DNA of 63,964 nt, the filler included, from Stramenopiles sp. TOSAG23-6 (lineage: Eukaryota), in assembly GCA_900128565.1 (NCBI GenBank). It is 3 parts of 3 records of this genome, joined end to end, with 100 filler letters (N's around TTAATTAATTAA, not from the genome) between each part and the next. Parts side by side here need not be neighbours in the genome. Positions count along the whole stretch, not along the records: positions 44,742 to 63,964 come from LT636052.1; 2 more parts are not named here. One strand, written 5' to 3'. Shown here piece after piece: positions 60,311-63,964 of the stretch. Each line of letters begins with the position of its first letter. The stretch's first letter is position 1. The translations under genes and the position numbers were made by a program. Under the pieces are notes generated by a model. That model had not been told where the DNA came from. It worked only from the letters and a program-made list of their open reading frames with translations, and searched no databases.

Positions 60311-61697
60311 CGTACGAAATGTTGTACCTAACATTTTTTTTTTTAAATATTTTTCCAAAATGTATGTAGTACTAAACCCTGCAAAACCGATTTATTCTTA
60401 AAATCAATGGTACCTAGAGAAATAAAGCAATTGCAAGCTGTACACTTTGGTAAACATTATATACAATATCCTTATTCTGTCATGTCTCGATTATATGGAA
60501 CTGCGAAATTTAAAAAAACGACATGTATGTTTTAATTTTTTTTTTACAAAAAAATCGATTTTATTTTTTTTTTTTTGGTAAAAAAATTTTGTACCTAACA
60601 AATTTTCAAAATTTATTTTGAAATATTTTTCTAAAATACATGGCTTATAATGGATCATTTACCAAAATGCCCATATTCCAATCAACCTCCTTTATTTTTT
60701 GATTTGAAAGGGGCAGATGAAAACTCAAATCCTCTTTGTTTTACACCTGAATATCGACGAAAAAATGTATGTTTTATTTTTATTTTTTAAATTTGAAATT
60801 GAATTTTTTTTTTACAAAAATTTTGTACGTAACAAAAAAAATGTAGATTTTTTTTTGAAATATTTTTCCAAAATACATGCATTGTGTCATGATTTGGAGT
60901 GGGAGAAAAATATAATGGATATTCAAAAAAAAGAAAGAGTATTTGGTGATCATAATGGGAAAGACGAAAGTGATAATATATTTGAAACTTTATGGCAAGA
61001 TACATTGTGGATGCAAAATAATGGACTCATGGATTATTCAGCAGTATTGTACGTTTTTATTATGAATTCAAGTTTTTTTTTTTTTTTTTGGTTTTTGTGA
61101 AAAAAAAAATTCAAAAAATTTGTTAGGTACGAAATTTCGTATGAAAAAAAAAATTAAATTTTTTTTTAAATTTTTGATGAAAACATTTCACATTACATGG
61201 GAATTTGTCCTTTTGTGGACACTCATATGAATAAGTTATTGAAACTTGCTCTGTACTTAATACAGGAGGAAAGTTTATCATGTACTGAAGTAAAATCATT
61301 ATTTACTCGTCAAAAGTTATCTGATTTTAATTTTAATGAAAAACATGTATGTTTTTTTTTTTTTAACAAAAAATTCGAATTTTTTTTTTTTGAAAATTTT
61401 GTACCTAACATTTTTTTTTTTTTTTTGAAATATTTTTCCAAAATACATGATATTGATTTTGATAATATTAAATTAAACAAAAACTTTTTCCCCTCAAAAA
61501 TGGTAAAGAATATAAAAGAACAAAAGTATGGTCGGAATGAAAGCAATAACCAATATAGCACAGAAGAATTACGTAGATGTTTGTCATTTCTTCGAACAAA
61601 TGATGATAATGCTGAAAATCTACGATGGCACACCCATCGTTTTGATTGTAATTCTTGTATTCTTTTGTATTGTTGTATTTCTAATTCTGTCATTTGA
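54593..61697 (+). CDS. Multidomain protein: signal-like N-terminus, acidic repeats, ankyrin repeats, coiled coil, PIP5K-like domain (about 1850 aa, 13 introns)
   Basis: Ankyrin TPLIKASRKGH and GTALDKASNKGH; PIP5K-like GSGFSGS, FLKS, SRLYG, FDLKG, MDYSAVLGI. Exons 54593-55148, 55265-56106, 56258-56366, 56475-56578, 56681-56875, 56990-57050, 57215-57320, 57421-59228, 59329-60246, 60366-60524, 60642-60766, 60879-61048, 61199-61346, 61449-61697. Confidence 0.7.
55149..55264 (+). mobile_element. Introner-like intron GT..CAT
   Basis: AAT|GTATAT..AAAATACAT|TT. Confidence 0.8.
55495..55770 (+). repeat. Coding tandem repeats GEESSDEAKAVH / GGAVDGAN
   Basis: 36-bp units directly visible. Confidence 0.9.
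56107..56257 (+). mobile_element. Diverged introner-like intron GT..CAT with duplicated 5' part
   Basis: CAC|GTAGGT..AACACAT|GGT. Confidence 0.65.
56367..56474 (+). mobile_element. Introner-like intron GT..CAT
   Basis: AAT|GTATGT..AAAAACAT|AT. Confidence 0.8.
56579..56680 (+). mobile_element. Introner-like intron GT..CAT
   Basis: GAT|GTATGT..AATCCAT|AAC. Confidence 0.8.
56876..56989 (+). mobile_element. Introner-like intron GT..AAT
   Basis: AAT|GTATGT..CATAGCAAAT|GTA; TAG is out of frame. Confidence 0.7.
57051..57214 (+). other. Intron GT..CAT without clear family core
   Basis: AAG|GTATGC..CACTAAT..ACGCAT|AT restores frame. Confidence 0.55.
57321..57420 (+). mobile_element. Introner-like intron GT..CAT
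   Basis: AAC|GTAGGT..CACAATACAT|A. Confidence 0.75.
59229..59328 (+). mobile_element. Introner-like intron GC..CAT (or GC..AAG ending at 59325)
   Basis: TAT|GCATGT..AAAAGCAT|TA; both ends are in frame. Confidence 0.75.
60247..60365 (+). mobile_element. Introner-like intron GT..TAT
   Basis: AAG|GTATGT..AAAATGTAT|GT; TAG 4 nt downstream leads to a stop. Confidence 0.85.
60525..60641 (+). mobile_element. Introner-like intron GT..CAT
   Basis: CAT|GTATGT..AAAATACAT|GG; using the next AG would delete FDLK. Confidence 0.88.
60767..60878 (+). mobile_element. Introner-like intron GT..CAT
   Basis: AAT|GTATGT..AAAATACAT|GCA. Confidence 0.85.
61049..61198 (+). mobile_element. Intron GT..CAT with inverted family core
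   Basis: Restores MDYSAVL-GI; interior reads GTTAGGTACGAAATTTCG on the sense strand. Confidence 0.75.
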
Positions 61698-63916
61698 ATA
61701 TCTCCAATGTTGCTACTTGGATCATATAAAGTATTATTCTCATTATCCTTATTATTAATATTTTCCGTATTTTCTAATTTTGTTGTATTTGTTGCAGTAC
61801 CAAATATTTGATGTGTAACGTTACCAAACATATGATTTGACGTATTGTTTTTTGTATCTAATGTTTTTTGTTTCAATGATACCCCAAATGACTTTGCTTC
61901 TTGTGCCTTTTGTGCCATATGACTACGTATATCATTTGCATTCAATGCTTTGGCTTCTATTGCTAAATCTTTTGCTTTTTTTTGTGCTTCTTCAACTTTT
62001 TGTTTTGCTTTTTCAGTAGTCTCAATGGCAAATTCAGTGGCTTTCTCCTTTGTTTCTGCCGCAATGATTGCAGCTTTCTTCTTAGCTGCCTCAGCAACAC
62101 GACTTCCAGCCTTAAAAATTTCAGACATGGTTATGTTCCCATCTTCATCGAGATCAATTTCTTCCATCGCCATTGCTTTCGCAGATTGTACATAACGACA
62201 ACAAGTAATGTATTGTGAAAACATATGAAACACTCAAAATTTGTTATTATAATACATTTTGAATTAATTATAAAAAAAACAAAACATTCGAAATTAATTT
62301 CAAAAAAAAAATGTTAGGTACGGAATTTCGTATGAAAAAAACAAAACACATACATGAATGGTTTTGAAATCTTTATGAATATTCGACCAATTCTTGTTTT
62401 TGACATTTTTCTTGTAAATGCATTACATCGTTCAAAAGGACCAGGATATGTATAGTGAAAAAAAAAAAAACGTTACAAAATTAAATTAGTTTATGAAAAA
62501 AAAAATTTTACAAAAAAAAAAAGTTTTTACAAAAAAAAAAAAAAATCTAGAGAGAATTATTTACATGTTCGTTTAAACCATGATTGTCTTCCACGATAAT
62601 CTGGTACATCATTAAGCTCTAATTCTTGAATAGTATTAGATTTTGTTGCTTCTGTTAAAACAACTGCATGAGCACCTGATCCAGACTCTCCCATTGAATA
62701 AAATAACCAATCCATGGCATGACGTACACCTATTCGTGAAAAAACGTAGAAAATAAAAAAAAAGTATTAGGTATGAAATATTTTTACGGAAAAAAAAAAT
62801 TAAAATTTTAAAAAAATTTTTAAAAAATTTTCAAATTTTAAAAATTTCAATCAAAATTCATTATGAAAACGTACCAACACCACGAGGATGTTTTCGTGTT
62901 GTAAGAGCTTGGAGAGGGAGAATTCTCCAAAATCGTTTCGGTTTTTTATTTGATTTACTTTTTGTTTTGTTTTGTGTATCATCTATCAACGGTTTTGAAG
63001 ATCCTAAAATTTTTTTTAATTTTAAATATGTCGATAACAAACCTGTTCGCATAGCTGTAAACTTATCCTGTTTTGAAGCTAAAACTAAAAGAGGCACTCA
63101 TGTTATTAAGAAAATATTTCAAAAAAATTCTAAAAAATTTGTTAGGTACAAAATTTCGTATGAAAAAAAAAATTCATAGTAAAAAATAAAATAAAAACAT
63201 ACCATTTAAAGATGCATCTCTTGATATCATTTTTAATTGAGCTCTGGCAGTTTCAAAAGAAGAAAGTTTCGATACTACAATAGACTTGTTATATGTCAAA
63301 TTTTAATGAAAACATGTCAGGTACAATATTTCGTACGAAAAAACTAAAAAAAAATAAATTCGAAATTTGATGATAAAGTACCTGATGAATCTACGAAAAA
63401 TATTATGCCATCTGTTCCAGGAAAATATTTAGACCAATGTTGTTGGATATGTTCTTTTCCACTTATTTCCCAAAATTGTACCTATAATGAGTGAAAAGAA
63501 ACGTTTTAAAACATTTGATTTTTTTTTGTTAGGCACAAAATTTTCATACAAAAATGAATAAAAAAATGAATAAAAAAATGAATAAAAAAATGAAAAAAAA
63601 TACATTTGAAATTCATGATGAAAACGTACATTTCTGTTTCCATACCGTACAGTGCTTATAGAGAGAGGGGCTACTGTTGGTTCAATACAAATTGTGAAGA
63701 AATATTTTTGTTTTGTAAAAAAAAAAAAAAGTTAAAAAATTAATTTTTTTTTTTTTGAAATTTAAAAAAAAAATTTAAATGAAAACAAACTCGATGTGAA
63801 GGTCGGTACAACCCTCTGCGTTTTTTCCTACGACTTCCATTGTTGTATGCATCTCGTCCATCATCATAAGGTTGGTCTAAAACTTGTTTAATAAATGCAG
63901 TTTTTCCAGAATTGAC
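61310..63916 (-). CDS. ARF/ARL-like GTPase with long C-terminal extension (EF-hand-like motif, coiled coil); 5'-truncated by window, 3' end uncertain
   Basis: NSGKT, IEPTV, FWEISG, WSKYFPGTDGIIFFVDSSD, PLLVLASKQD, GVRHAMDWL; DLDEDGNITMSE. Exons 63916-63791, 63686-63630, 63481-63382, 63292-63203, 63099-62875, 62729-62565, 62447-62354, 62207-61310. Confidence 0.8.
61347..61448 (+). mobile_element. Introner-like intron GT..CAT
   Basis: CAT|GTATGT..AAAATACAT|GAT. Confidence 0.8.
62208..62353 (-). mobile_element. Introner-like intron GT..CAT
   Basis: CAT|GTATGT..CACAATACAT|T. Confidence 0.8.
62448..62564 (-). mobile_element. Diverged introner-like intron GT..CAT
   Basis: CAT|GTAAAT..CACTATACAT|AT. 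Confidence 0.75.
62730..62874 (-). mobile_element. Introner-like intron GT..TAG
   Basis: Restores GVG-VRHAMDWL. Confidence 0.85.
63100..63202 (-). mobile_element. Introner-like intron GT..CAT (in-frame GAG 3 nt further is possible)
   Basis: ATG|GTATGT..ATAACAT|GA gives LNGVPLLVL. Confidence 0.8.
63293..63381 (-). mobile_element. Introner-like intron GT..CAT
   Basis: CAG|GTACTT..TTGACAT|AT restores ARF VDSSD; next AG is out of frame. Confidence 0.85.
63482..63629 (-). mobile_element. Introner-like intron GT..TAG
   Basis: AAT|GTACGT..TTATAG|GTA. Confidence 0.85.
63687..63790 (-). mobile_element. Diverged introner-like intron, GT..TGT by alignment
   Basis: CGA|GTTTGT..CACAATTTGT|ATT; no in-frame AG nearby. 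Confidence 0.6.
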
Positions 63917-63964
63917 ATGTAAAAAAAAAATATTTCAAAATTTTTTTTTTTTTTTTTTTGTTAG
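63917..63964 (-). mobile_element. Introner-like intron, 3' part ending CAT (cut by window edge)
   Basis: CTAAC..TTTTACAT|GTC, followed by VNSGKT. Confidence 0.75.

Noticed and set aside
1-63964. Alternative genetic code or frameshifting as the cause of broken ORFs
   Set aside because: TAA, TAG and TGA all end intact genes, and the breaks coincide with the repeat inserts.

Overview
AT-rich eukaryotic nuclear DNA with the standard genetic code. The gene set suggests a stramenopile-like protist, but this is inference only. The window holds about 25 compact genes, including a myosin-IQ-ankyrin protein, DYRK1, a PCGF-like RING protein, Gemin6, TMX2, EMC7, CCDC61, a Nudix hydrolase, two small aquaporins, an asparaginase, THOC1, an ankyrin-PIP5K protein and an ARF-like GTPase. 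There are two artificial N/TTAATTAATTAA linkers. The main signal is about 50 related introns of roughly 90-180 nt with consensus GTATGTTTT..TTCAATTTCGAATT..TTTCGTACGAAATTTTGTACCTAAC..TTTTGAAATATTTTTCCAAAATACAT. They have a normal GT donor and a CTAAC branch site, but by manual frame reconstruction about 39 of 48 visible 3' ends are AT (mostly CAT or TAT) and only 5 are AG. Nearby AGs are often out of frame, and conserved protein motifs fix several junctions. Short terminal inverted repeats (GTAT..ATAC) flanked by AT on both sides suggest a MITE-derived introner family spliced as GT-AT. All splice models are inferred from DNA alone, without transcript data.
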